Source: Monocercomonoides exilis PA203
Taxonomy: Eukaryota; Protista; Preaxostyla
Direction: 5' to 3'
DNA: 64,000 nt
Assembly: GCA_001643675.2 (NCBI GenBank)
Contig: LSRY02000015.1
Coordinates: 1,488,001 to 1,552,000, forward strand
The position numbers and the translations under genes were made by a program. Position 1 is the first letter of the stretch, and each line of letters starts with the position of its first letter. Positions 23,401 through 33,902 of the stretch are shown here, one piece after another. Below the pieces are notes generated by a model. That model was not told the origin of the DNA, did not search any database, and was given only the letters and a program-made list of their open reading frames with translations.

Positions 23401-26400
23401 GTGAATTCAGATTGTGTGGATATGAAGATTTCCCATGCCGAACAATTGGGGAAGCGAGTGAATATCGATATCTGAGTTCAAAGAGATTCATCAGACTGAC
23501 AAGCACATTTTCATTTGATGAAGAAGTTCAGTTGGATGAACAGTCATATGAGATTGATTCGAGCAACAAAGATGTTGGATTGAAAGTTGGAGGAACAGGA
23601 ACAAAAACACAAGAAGCATTGGTGATGAACAGTGTTTCATCAACATTGACAGGGATATTGTTTGAATTGGGAGGATCGATTGGAGAGCGATCATCATTTC
23701 TTCATTCTTCAGGAGGGACATTGAGATTTGCTGGTTGTGGGATAACGATGGGAGGCAGAGTGGATTCTGCGAATTATGAGTTTGTTAGTGCGAGTGGGGG
23801 GAAAGTGGAGATTATTCGGATGAGTTGTGGAGGGAGTGAGAGAAAAGTTAAAATTGTGGGAAGCATGATTACTGTGAATGGGAGCTGTGAGTGTCTGATG
23901 GATGAGGTGATTGTCAACCAAACAACATCAAATGGAGTGAATGGATTGATTGAGATTGCCACAAGCAGCTCAGCCACAATTCAGAACTGCTCCATAGCAA
24001 ATTGTGATTTTTCAAGTTGTGGAGCAATTCAGGTTGAGAAATGCTCATCGATCACATTGAAGAACACCTCATTTGAGAACATCACGAGAGGAGCAGGAGA
24101 CGGTGGATGTGTTTGTGTTGATTCAAATGAAGATGGAAGCCAAAATATAATCAGAATTGAGAACTGCTCATTCGCCTCATGCGAGGTGACTGAGAATGGA
24201 AAGGGAGGAGGAGGACTGTCAGTTTCATTGGTGAATCCATCTGGACTGCATGTTTCATCAACGAGATTTGAAAAGTGTTGTGCACCTTCAACAAGTGGAT
24301 CAAATGGGAAAGGAGGAGGAATGTTTCTTTCGTTGGTGGATGCAGATGCGATGTTTGAGTTGTCAGGAGATTTGATATTTGATCAGAATAAAGCAGAATA
24401 TGGGAGGAATATGTTCATTTTGGCAAATGATTTAAATACTTCTGTGACAAATGACTCATTCAAGTTCAATTATTTGACAATGATAAATGATGGTAATTTG
24501 TTTGTGGGGAGTGATGGTACTCATTCAAACAAAGATTTGTTCATGTTTCTAATTCCATACAGCTCCGTTGAGATATTTATCTCATCTGAAGGATATGATG
24601 TTGCAAGATGCGGAAGTGAGGAAGAGCCATGTAAAACAATGTGGAAAGGGATGAAAAATGTGAAAGATGGAGACGATAAGAAGACAATTCAGATTAAAGG
24701 ATCATCCATTATTCGAGATACATTTAACATGTCCAATTATCAGATCAAAAAGGATGCGAAGATGGGAGAAGAGAATATGAAAGCGATATTGAATTTTGAA
24801 AAGGCAATTGGAGATCAACTGGAATATTTCATGGGAAATGAAATTCATCTTGAATTGACAAATATCCAACTGCAACTGACATCTAGATTTGTAAACTCAG
24901 CCAAAACAATTGTTTCAAATAGAAATGGTGATTTGGTGATAACTGGATGTTCATTCCATTCAGAAGCAGGAGTGAACAATGGATTTGATTGTGTATTTGT
25001 GGATGTTATTGGAGGTAGTGTGGAAGTGAATGATTTGTCTTTGGAATCATGCAACGTTGGAAATAGCATTTTTGTCGTTCATGATTCTGGAATCATTTGT
25101 CATTTGACGAATGTTCGAGTGAAATTGTTGAATGAAAGTGGAGGTTGCATTTTATCAATCAAGAAATCTGAACCAGGATTGGAGATAAATGAAATTGGTG
25201 AAGAAGAAATAAATCTCAACATTGATAATTCATCATTTTCAGATGTGAAGAGAATTGGAAATGGAGCAAGCATTTTGGAGTCAAAGAGTGAGAAAAAGAT
25301 AGATTTAGCTGTAAAGGAGAGCAGCATTACAGAAGACAAAGCAGAATCAAGTGAAAAAGGAGGAGCCATATTCTTCACATTGGGTGGATCTGGATCAATG
25401 AAGATAATTGAGTCAACAATCAGTCAATGCAGCTGCGCAAATGGGAGAGGAGGAGGAGTGTATTTGGCAACAAAGGAAAGAGGAAAATTGGATTTCACAT
25501 TTGTGGGAATGAAGTTCAGTGCAAACACAGCAAAAGTTGGGAATGACATTTTCATTGAATGCTTCAACATCACATCACAGATCAATGAAAGCCAATTTCA
25601 GTTTGATCTTCGAGAAGGCCGTTATTCACGAATCAATGCGATATATGGAAGAGATGAATGCGATTATCCAAATGATACAGATCTGATTGATTTTGTGACG
25701 ATTCTTCAGAGTGACACAATCATTGTGAGCAGTGTGAATGGATCAAATGATAAACAATGCGGAATGAACACACTTCCTTGTGCTTCTGTTGATTATGGAG
25801 TGATGCATCTGACTTCAGATTTCATTAGCCAGATGTTTATTGTTGAGGAGAGTGTGATTTGTGAAGAGATAAATCTGGAGGAGATGAGTTTGAGCTCGAA
25901 GAGCAGAGAAATGTGCAAAGTTGAAGTGAAGTCAGAGATTGAAAAAACAAAGGATTCTTTGATAACAACAATTGGAACAGTCTCATTGTTGAGAGTGAAT
26001 TTTGTGTTTGATTCAAATTTCATTTCTTCACATGAATCATTGATATCACCAGAGGGAGGGATTCTTGAAGTGATGAATTGTTCATTCACTACAAAACAAC
26101 TGATGGAAGGAGTTAATGCAGAATTTGCTAACATTCCATTCCACTTTATTGAAATGGAAAATGGAGAATTGCAACTTGATGGATGCTCTGTATCAAATCT
26201 AATTCTTCAAGAATCTGCATTATATCTTTCATCTTCTCTTCCATCAGTGATTTATTTATTAACGATTTACAGTTCAACTGTATCAAAATCTCTAATTGAT
26301 ATTAATGAATGTGGACAACTGAATTTGGAGAAGTTTCATATTGAAAATTTATCAGTTGAAGGAGATGAAGAATCATTGATCTCGTGCTTGTCAATGAAAA

Positions 26401-28562
26401 AGACAATTCAATTGACAAATTGCACAATTGAAAAAACAAATTCAAAGAACACAAAAGGAAAATTGATGAAATTAGAGAATAGTTTAGATGTAAAAATGGA
26501 TAGTTGCATTTTTGATGGGAATTCAAAGGAAAGAAATGAACAATATTTGAATTCAGGAGAAGAGATATGCAGATGGGATGAATCTCTTGTGGATATTGTG
26601 AAGAGTTCTGTGATGATGAAAGACACAACATTATCAAATTCACCAGAAGGTGGAATAGTAATAAGTGGAGGAAGTGTGAATATTGAGATGGGATTATTTG
26701 AGAATAATAATCCATCTATTGATAGATATCCATCATTGAGAAGAAATATATTCTGTTCTGATTCAGGAACATTGAATGTGATGAGTTTGAAAGGAGGAGA
26801 CGGAGTTTTGCCAAATTCATCACTTTGGATGTTGAATGAATGGTGCAGCTTTGAAGGGATTGTTTCTGAAAGGGCATCACCATTCTTCATCCCAGTGTTA
26901 GAGAGTATTGAAGCAAATGAGAAAGGAGCAGAAATGGAGATTGTGTTCAAAGGAAAGCTGCTGCTTCCTTGCAACTTGTCATTCATGATTGTGAAGCAGA
27001 AAGGAGAAGAAAAGCAGATAGAGAAATACGAGTTTGATGAGAGTGGATATGTGTCGGAGACAGAAGTTGAAGGGAGGCTGAAAAGGGAGATAATTCGTGA
27101 GGCAGGAGATGAGGCAGATGTGAGAGTGAGCATTCTGTTTGGAAATGCCAAAAACCCATCATCCACTGATTCTTTCATTCTGAAGAACAGAAGTGAGCCC
27201 AAGGCTAATGGAGATGAAAGGATTGTTGAAGGAGGAAAAGAAGGGAAATCGTATTGGTTGTTGATTGTGATAATCATGGGCATCATATTGTTGATTGTTC
27301 TGATTGGATTTATTTTATTTATTGTTCGATGGAAGAAGGTCAAGAATGAAGCGAAAGATTTGAGAGAGATTGTGAATGACAACATCAGAAAAGATCCGAA
27401 GGCATTTGAGATGGTTACGATGGAGATGTCTCCCGAGGAGCAGTGGAGGAGAGCAGAAAGAGAGGCTGAGAAGAAGAATGATGAGAGGATGAAGAAGAGA
27501 GTGTATGACACGAATATGCAACATTCTGAGTCATCTGAGCATCTTCTCTCTGAGAGTGGGTCAACTGAATATATCCTTGGAAGAGACTCAGACAAGATCC
27601 CTCAATGGATGTTGGAGAAAGATGAAGAAGAGATAAGGAAGAGAACACCTTCGCCATCAATTTCTTCAACTTGCTCAACTGATTCAGATTCAACATTTGT
27701 TCGAGGGGAGGATTTGTGTCCTACAACCTCGTCGATGTCGAACTTGGTTGATGCAATGGCCTGTTCATCGCCTCATGAGAAGCTGATTGTGGATTTGAGG
27801 GATTCGTTGTTCATGCTTCTTCATGGGAGAAATGAGAAAAAAGAGATGGCGATTGGAAGTCTTCAAGAGAGGGAGCAAACAGCTGCTCAGATCCTGTTCT
27901 GGGTGGCTAATCTCTCACTCCATTCATTTGATGAGATGGAAAACCCTCTTCAATCTCTTTCCAACTTGAGCCCTCACATTGTGTTGTTCTCAGAACACAT
28001 GGTCATCTGCATTGTGATGCACTCAGATTGTTCATCAGACTCAGACACTTCATCCTCCATCTCTTCATCAACAGTTGTGACATCAGCAAGTGATAATGAA
28101 AGTGATTCCCTTCCCTCATCTGCCTTTGAGGATGACGAAGACAATAGGAAGGAGTGTTTGAGGTGGAAGGCACCAGAGCTGCTGAATGGGACAAAAAAGC
28201 ATGCAACGAAAAAGACGGTGGTGTTCTCGATTGGGATGATGCTGTGGGAGTGCCTGACCCTTCAAATCCCATTTGGAGACTATGAGGCAGAGGTGACAGG
28301 GCAGAAGATTGTGAATGGGGAGAGGCCAAACATGGGGGTGATCGAGACAAGCAGTTTTGGTGAGACGACGAAAGCGTGTGTGACGCTGCAGGCGAAGAGC
28401 AGACCCACACTTGTGGAGCTGAAGCGAGAGTTCTTCGGGCACTTTCCAGCAGAGATGGTGGTTGTGACAGCGTCTGACGCGATCGACGATGAAAATGCGA
28501 GCGATGTTGGCAGAGGAAGCGATATTGGGAGCAGCAGTTTCAGCGACACATCATATCTGTAA
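20469..28562 (+). CDS. Giant single-pass receptor-like protein, paralog B (intact, intronless, ~2697 aa)
   Basis: ATG 20469 begins a signal-peptide-like MVLGLSGILYCVWIISVGCVCNG. It has an N-terminal GGG/GGAI beta-helix-like region, four CG....PC modules, a TM identical to paralog A and a degenerate kinase C-terminus. Confidence 0.92.
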   Translation: MVLGLSGILYCVWIISVGCVCNGATSDGAGFREESAKEGELDYSEDTWREKAQNNKIGDGNLFDTYIEGEEGGVRETWKEERMMKKCSKQWNEGGGEIGKVQKWGFCKEWKMWGKERICDGSQIEGCFVLVNSSMKLNSLGLRERGGESVLRASDGSFVEASVRIVGIERETPPFDFYGSCGQFSNISLRSPSSGLFQLFPSLFSSNASERYISEKCQVSVCSSHFSSFCVSSAPFISSSSIPLVSFSHLTFFNISTTSFDCPAPTTSISQTTCLMSSCSFSSVCDVYDGGIVSSLNNPLASLSVLNTSFIGCCRTRNVNINGTAEAPLKPGRQNETDDGANSFIWCEWNGSKTTGTSDSSSDGISSGGAISMFNIQNGELSISHCLFNNCYAFSRGGGIICHSLKSIRFDDDIFNVCTAQNQYGGGLYAGAINSCFRISECIFHACKASGNGGGLLAESIKVSGPGCIETESGNGESACIFDCSFSSCEVSGSFGGGVHCYGIQTDFKMRSVQFISCNASNRGGGIRFSHTEQIVPRGGYYCYFLFFHDCRCFDSTPYGHDVYFEDNNNHFSSSNPFFESFTTNSDDKRVCYYQGEYQEKQKKGFLKDWSTDLFVSIDGNDSGKWCGLNEQNPCRTVSAAVETCITQLRSTITIFIGRHQSEESMISIGEKKISIMGKGRNASVIGTSALSSSSPTLFSVSSGQLEVGHVGVDHNATRSPSPSVFVVSVGRGTLSLEDVVIDSSTSGGSGISSSVFEVALKQLTMIDVEIKNMKISQPLFSDLSSAGSSSGESLLGNLTIRNVNRTTGDGVEMAKSVKAGETFVVWNTTMEGCECANGNGGGIKIELASSTSKVRIGDSMPHGGGTASFNQCKCSGYGGGVMLHLADDSFDFSITTVSFDGCAATMGGKSLFVEGQDLSAVINITSIGFNPEVGINVADLNELCGRERNKPELIVPLVVFLRTFSSPAYVSGREQGSEFRLCGYEDFPCRTIGEASEYRYLSSKRFIRLTSTFSFDEEVQLDEQSYEIDSSNKDVGLKVGGTGTKTQEALVMNSVSSTLTGILFELGGSIGERSSFLHSSGGTLRFAGCGITMGGRVDSANYEFVSASGGKVEIIRMSCGGSERKVKIVGSMITVNGSCECLMDEVIVNQTTSNGVNGLIEIATSSSATIQNCSIANCDFSSCGAIQVEKCSSITLKNTSFENITRGAGDGGCVCVDSNEDGSQNIIRIENCSFASCEVTENGKGGGGLSVSLVNPSGLHVSSTRFEKCCAPSTSGSNGKGGGMFLSLVDADAMFELSGDLIFDQNKAEYGRNMFILANDLNTSVTNDSFKFNYLTMINDGNLFVGSDGTHSNKDLFMFLIPYSSVEIFISSEGYDVARCGSEEEPCKTMWKGMKNVKDGDDKKTIQIKGSSIIRDTFNMSNYQIKKDAKMGEENMKAILNFEKAIGDQLEYFMGNEIHLELTNIQLQLTSRFVNSAKTIVSNRNGDLVITGCSFHSEAGVNNGFDCVFVDVIGGSVEVNDLSLESCNVGNSIFVVHDSGIICHLTNVRVKLLNESGGCILSIKKSEPGLEINEIGEEEINLNIDNSSFSDVKRIGNGASILESKSEKKIDLAVKESSITEDKAESSEKGGAIFFTLGGSGSMKIIESTISQCSCANGRGGGVYLATKERGKLDFTFVGMKFSANTAKVGNDIFIECFNITSQINESQFQFDLREGRYSRINAIYGRDECDYPNDTDLIDFVTILQSDTIIVSSVNGSNDKQCGMNTLPCASVDYGVMHLTSDFISQMFIVEESVICEEINLEEMSLSSKSREMCKVEVKSEIEKTKDSLITTIGTVSLLRVNFVFDSNFISSHESLISPEGGILEVMNCSFTTKQLMEGVNAEFANIPFHFIEMENGELQLDGCSVSNLILQESALYLSSSLPSVIYLLTIYSSTVSKSLIDINECGQLNLEKFHIENLSVEGDEESLISCLSMKKTIQLTNCTIEKTNSKNTKGKLMKLENSLDVKMDSCIFDGNSKERNEQYLNSGEEICRWDESLVDIVKSSVMMKDTTLSNSPEGGIVISGGSVNIEMGLFENNNPSIDRYPSLRRNIFCSDSGTLNVMSLKGGDGVLPNSSLWMLNEWCSFEGIVSERASPFFIPVLESIEANEKGAEMEIVFKGKLLLPCNLSFMIVKQKGEEKQIEKYEFDESGYVSETEVEGRLKREIIREAGDEADVRVSILFGNAKNPSSTDSFILKNRSEPKANGDERIVEGGKEGKSYWLLIVIIMGIILLIVLIGFILFIVRWKKVKNEAKDLREIVNDNIRKDPKAFEMVTMEMSPEEQWRRAEREAEKKNDERMKKRVYDTNMQHSESSEHLLSESGSTEYILGRDSDKIPQWMLEKDEEEIRKRTPSPSISSTCSTDSDSTFVRGEDLCPTTSSMSNLVDAMACSSPHEKLIVDLRDSLFMLLHGRNEKKEMAIGSLQEREQTAAQILFWVANLSLHSFDEMENPLQSLSNLSPHIVLFSEHMVICIVMHSDCSSDSDTSSSISSSTVVTSASDNESDSLPSSAFEDDEDNRKECLRWKAPELLNGTKKHATKKTVVFSIGMMLWECLTLQIPFGDYEAEVTGQKIVNGERPNMGVIETSSFGETTKACVTLQAKSRPTLVELKREFFGHFPAEMVVVTASDAIDDENASDVGRGSDIGSSSFSDTSYL

Positions 28563-29252
28563 TTGTTTGTGGTTGAAGAGCACAAAACTGGAAAAGAAAG
28601 AAAGATGATTACGAGAAACAAATAGAATGAGAGTGGATTGAACTTTCTGAACGATTTGAAACACCGAATGAGGAGAGGGGAAAGAAAGTTGGCATTGGTG
28701 TGACGAAGCAGAAACAGAAGTGATGGCATTGTGAATGCTCAAGTTGGTCAGCCGCAGTGAAGTATTTTTGTTGTGGTTTCCGAATCGCAAACAAAAAATG
28801 AGTGACTGATTGTTAGAAAAATCGAGGTGAAGTTTTTTCGTTGAATGGTAAAAACATGTATTTTATTTTTATTTATTTATGTTAATTGTTCTTATCACAT
28901 TGGAGATTGGAGATGCAAATAAAGTTTTGCATTCATTAAAAGTCTTGAACTTCATATTTTATACATTCAAATTTATAAAATAAATGGAATAATTACATAT
29001 AATTTGCAATAATTGTTTATAGATACATTTATTAAGAGAGAAGGATTTTTCATTTTTCCCATAACTTCAAAAATTAATCTAAGTAATTACAATTCAATCT
29101 AATGCTTCCATAAATAAAAAGAAACTGGAATCAACCTATTTAAGATTTCTAAAAGATATCTTTTTTCCATCTTTAATAAATGAAAAAAACAGTAATTTAA
29201 CTTCAACAAGCCGCTTTGCAATATCAAAACTAAATAATAATTAGTCTACAAT

Positions 29253-31417
29253 TTATTGCTGTGATGTTTTTGCCATTAACGGAATAAGCTTTGAAAGAAG
29301 AAACATGTTCCATTTTTCTTCATCAGAAGCGTTTTCATTTCTATCAGTGGCAGCTGATCGGGAAAGAGTCAGCGACAGGAGAAGCGATTCGCGAAGTGGA
29401 GAAGAAGAAGAATATCCTGCCATCTCAAGAGCTTTGTCCAGCTGCGAAAGCTCAGTTGAAAGGTAATTCAGAATTGGAGCCTTCTGATCAGAAGATGCAG
29501 GGGAGGCACAGCTCAGCAGATTTAGCGAAGGGACAGATGGGCGTATTTGCGAGACTTCTTTCTCCTTCGAAGAGGCAGCTTGAAGAAGTGCAGAAGCTGA
29601 CAAACGTTGCGATGCATCGACAGAATTCTCGTCAGTCGGAGTCTGCTCTTTTTGTTCTGTCGAAGTTTCTGCTTTTGATGTCTTTCCTCTGAACGGAGGA
29701 ATTTCCTTGAGATCAAACGGACGCACTGGTCGTGAAGTGGCAGATGCCTGGACAGAAGTACGAGGAACGGACAAAGCAGAAACAGAAGCAGAAGCAGAAG
29801 CAGAGGCAGAGGCAGAAGCTGCTTTTGAGACAGAAGGAGAGCGGGGAGGCAGCGAAGCACAGATATGCTTTTCGGCTTGGTGGCCTTGTGGAGAAAGATA
29901 TCGTGGCTCTGAGGATGAGCGTTCATAGCGAGCAGCCGCTGAGTCGTATGACGCTCGCAAAGGCTGCATCTTGCGGGGAGACGAAGGAGCAGACAGATCT
30001 AAAGACGGTGTTCTGTGGGAGTGAGGCAAGGAAGATGAACTGGATGAAGAAGCATGAGGCGATTGCGAAGATGAAGATGAATATGACCGAGAAAGCGAAT
30101 TTGATCTTTTGAGATGCGAAATGGAGCGCGGAGAAAGAGGAGAACTTTCTGGAATCTGCACATTCTGGACAGGCCTGAGGACAAACGTGGTCGACCCAAC
30201 TTTGAAAGGAATGCCAGCTATTTGTGTAACTTTTGTGGGTGTGAAGATTTCCTCTGGAGAAATTGCGGTTGCTTTTTCATCCACTTTTGCCGTCTGTCGC
30301 ATAGCTGCCAGTTTGCGGGGCGAATGCGGAGGTTCTATTTCGTTTTTATGAATGTGAGAGGCTGCAGCTTCGGGCTTTGAATGAGCCGATGACAAAGAAG
30401 GTCGATGCGGTAAATGCGATGAAGAAGCACGAGATACAAACTGCGCTTTTCTATTTCTGGGAGATTCTGGTGATGTGGCTGATATAAATGTGGAATGAGA
30501 TGGAGTTGTTGAAGCAGAAGCTGAAGCAGAAGAGGAAGAGGAAGAAGAGGAAGAAGATAAAGGTCGACCATGTGACATTGGAGAACGAGCTATTGAAGTG
30601 GAAGATTTTGCACGAATAGTTGAAGGAGATGAAGATGGAAGACGGGCCTGCTTCGTAGCAACAGACTTTGAATGTGCTGGTGGACGTACAAAAACTGCTG
30701 TAGTTGAGGATTGAGGAATGTGACTTCGATAAGGTGAATAAGAAGGCATAGCATCGTTTTGATGTATTGATAAAGCTGAGTGAGAAGAGTTGGAGCGAGA
30801 TGAAGAAGTAACAATGCTTTGATCTCTTCTTGGAGATGTGGACCTTAAAAATGGCGACGGTGGTCGGACAGCTTGATGCTCAAAGCGATTTCTTGGGGTC
30901 AAATCAATGTGCTTTTGTGCAGCTCTCCGTCGAGGAGATAAAATTTGAGGTTCTGCCGGAGTAAGCTTTTTATTTGAAAATTCCTGCTTCGTTAAATTGT
31001 CTTCAGGTGCATCCCGAGAATTACTTTTCAGATGAAGTTGAGGTAAGTTAGAGGCAGCTTTTGGACGACTTTTGTAAGTTTCACGCTTTGCTTGCATTTT
31101 GTAAGCTGGATTATCGGATTTTTGAGATGAATAATCATCATCTGATCCATCAAGATCAAAACTTAGAGAATCATCATCAGAACTTATTGTAAGTTGATCT
31201 ATCGCAAACGTAATAAATAAGCAAATCGAAAATCTCAAGAAATACTCAACAATCGCAAAAAAACAATACCATCTGAATCTGAAGCAGAAAGAGACTGGCC
31301 ATCACTCTTTAATAAAAATAAACAATAATTGCGATGACAAAGGCAAAAAGAAATTTCAGTTCAGCATGAGATTAGACATGGTAAAAAGAAAGAAAATTAA
31401 CAAACTGAAGAATTCAT
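29253..31417 (-). CDS. Hypothetical Ser/Pro-rich disordered protein, 3 exons
   Basis: A 661-aa ORF plus two small upstream exons (MNSS|SDGQSLSASDSD|DQLTI) joined by phase-consistent GT-AG introns. Many SP motifs and a short helical C-terminus. Confidence 0.75.
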
Positions 31418-31712
31418 TGAAACACTTGAAAGAAACTTAAAATAACGAAAATTTAAAAAGTTTTTGAATTCTGTTAAAGAAAAATTGAAAAATTTCCCTT
31501 GCCAATAATTTTAACAATTATTTAAGGAAGATATCAACTGCAAATTCTTTTCAATTTTCAGTGATAAATTATGGTATCAATAACTCAACAAACAACCGTT
31601 TGCAAGAACATCCATGATTTCATTATCAAGGAAAGAAATAGAAAATATTGTTTGATAACTGAAAATAGTAATTAATTAGATTCAGATCGATATATATTTT
31701 TTTAGAAATCGA

Positions 31713-33469
31713 ATGTCTTTGGCAAGCATTGAAAAATCTGTTAAATTAGCGCGTGAATGCGCTTTAACTGGAAGTTATGATGAAGCCTTAGTTTATTACA
31801 CTGGTGTAGTTGCTGAAATCAACAGGTTAATCTTATAAATAATTAAATGAAATTTTATGAATATTGTTCTTTATAATACAGTTATCTCAAGACCCCATCA
31901 TTATCCCCCGATTTGATTAGTAACTGGACGGCAGTTAGAGAAGCATTGAGAGAGGAGACAACGGCTGTCCAAGCAATTACGAATGAACTTGCTGCATTCA
32001 AGGAAAATCCAAGATTAGCATCAGGGTTGGAACAAGATAAAGAACCAAGAAATTCTTCTCCAAGTCGAAAATCTCCAAGCCCTGGCCGGGCAAAGGATCC
32101 TCTTATATGGGATCCTCCTTCTCCAAGAAGCAATTCACCAATTGGAAGGAATCTATGGGGACAACAGCAACTTGGAACTGCGCGCCAAAGTGGCTTATCA
32201 CGAGGAGTTCCGAAACCGCCAAGCCATATGGTCGGTGGTGGGTTTAATTTTGGAAGGCAACCAAAATCCCATGATCCAGATTATTCCAGCCTTGATAATG
32301 ATGAGTGGGGAGGTGCTCCAAAGGCCCCTCCACGACAGCGAGGGCCAGTCAAGCCACCTGTTCCTCGCTTCAGTGGAGGAGCTCGTGGTGGTGGAACTCC
32401 ACGAACTGCTTCAAGCAAAGATGATCCAAGAGCAAAGGAAAAGAAAGGTCATGATGACATGCCTGCGGAGCGACCAAAATTCAGAGATGGAGAACCGGAA
32501 TTAATTGAAGTGCTGGAAAGAGAGATTTTGGATGTGAAGCAATCCGTCCCGTGGAACTCTATTGCAGGTCTTCGTGAAGCAAAAGGACTGCTGAAAGAGG
32601 CTGTGATGCTTCCTATTCGCTTCCCTAAGTTCTTCTCAGGGCTGCGTCGCCCTTGGAAAGGCATATTGATGTACGGCCCTCCAGGTACAGGAAAGACGAT
32701 GCTGGCGAAAGCTGTTGCAACAGAGTGTTCATCCACTTTCTTCAACTGCCCTATATCTGCTCTCGGATCAAAGTGGAGAGGAGAGACAGAAAAGCTGGTA
32801 AGGATCCTGTTTCGTATGGCGCGATATTATGCACCTTCGACCATTTTCTTCGATGAAATCGATGCAATCGGAACATCACGCGAGTCAGATGGAGGAAACG
32901 ACGCGTCCCGCAGAATGAAAGCAGAGCTTCTGACACAAATGGACGGAATGGACTCGAACTTGCCTACGCCTTCTTCTTCATCATCGTCGTCTTCTGGCGA
33001 TGGAGCCGGAGATGACAAAGGAGATGCCCCAGCAGAAGAGAGAAAGACAGTCGTTGTGATTGCAGCCACGAACTTCCCGTGGGATTTAGATGAGGCACTG
33101 AAGCGGAGATTGGAGAAGAGAATCTACATTCCACTACCTGATGCTGAAGCAAGGCGAGACCTCATGAAGATCAATCTGAAAGGGCTGCGGATCGATGAAG
33201 GGCTGGACTTGGACGAGTTTGCAGACAGGATGGCTGGCTATTCTGGAGCAGATATTACAAACGTGTGCCGTGATGCGTCGATGATGGGCATGCGAAAGAA
33301 GCTGAAGGAAATGAATGATATGGACTTGAGCAAAATGAATGAAGACGAGTTTGATACGCCTATCACAAAGGAGGACTTTGAGGATGCGCTCGCGAAGGTG
33401 TCTCCGTCAGTTAGCCAGAAAGATATCGAGCGTTTTGAAAAGTGGAGAGCAGAATTCGGCTCAGAGTAA
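31713..33469 (+). CDS. KATNA1: Katanin p60 ATPase subunit A1, 2 exons (31713-31825, 31882-33469)
   Basis: MIT start MSLASIEKSVKLARECAL.GSYDEALVYY; RRPWKGILMYGPPGTGKTMLAKAVATEC; IFFDEID; AATNFPWDLDEALKRRLEKRIYIPLP; YSGADITNVCRDASMM; C-terminal EKWRAEFGS. Confidence 0.97.
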
Positions 33470-33605
33470 AATTAAAAAAAAAAAAACGTTGGTTGACTTT
33501 GATGTTTATTTTAATTTAATTTTTCTCTTTTATTTTTGCCCAATTTACTGGATAAAGCAGTTCAATTTTTGATAATTCGTATTTTCTTTAACATCTTATT
33601 GGATT

Positions 33606-33625
33606 CCCCCTCCCCCCCCCCTTCG

Positions 33626-33671
<46 letters not shown>
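33606..33671. repeat. C-run followed by a 46-nt poly(A) tract
   Basis: CCCCCTCCCCCCCCCCTTCG then A46, between the convergent katanin and SNW1 genes. Confidence 0.9.
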
Positions 33672-33673
<2 letters not shown>

Positions 33674-33902
33674 AAATTAAATAAAGCAGAATAAAAACAG
33701 AAATTTATTTTAAAATTGTGGCATCATCTGAAGATTTCTGTTAAAACTTAAAATGAAAGAATTTTTGAAATGAATTATTAAAAAAATTATAAGAATGTGG
33801 TGAAAATGGTCCATCGGCTTGTGAAATGATTTAACCATTTATTACTTACAAGATTTGAAAACAGATACATCCAATAAAAGAAAAAGCATAATATCCTGCT
33901 TT

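Noticed and set aside
26408-27595. Long antisense ORFs repeated in all three receptor genes (also 3817-4575 and 53885-54889)
   Set aside because: Ser/Phe-rich shadows of purine-rich sense codons; their conservation follows from the paralogy.
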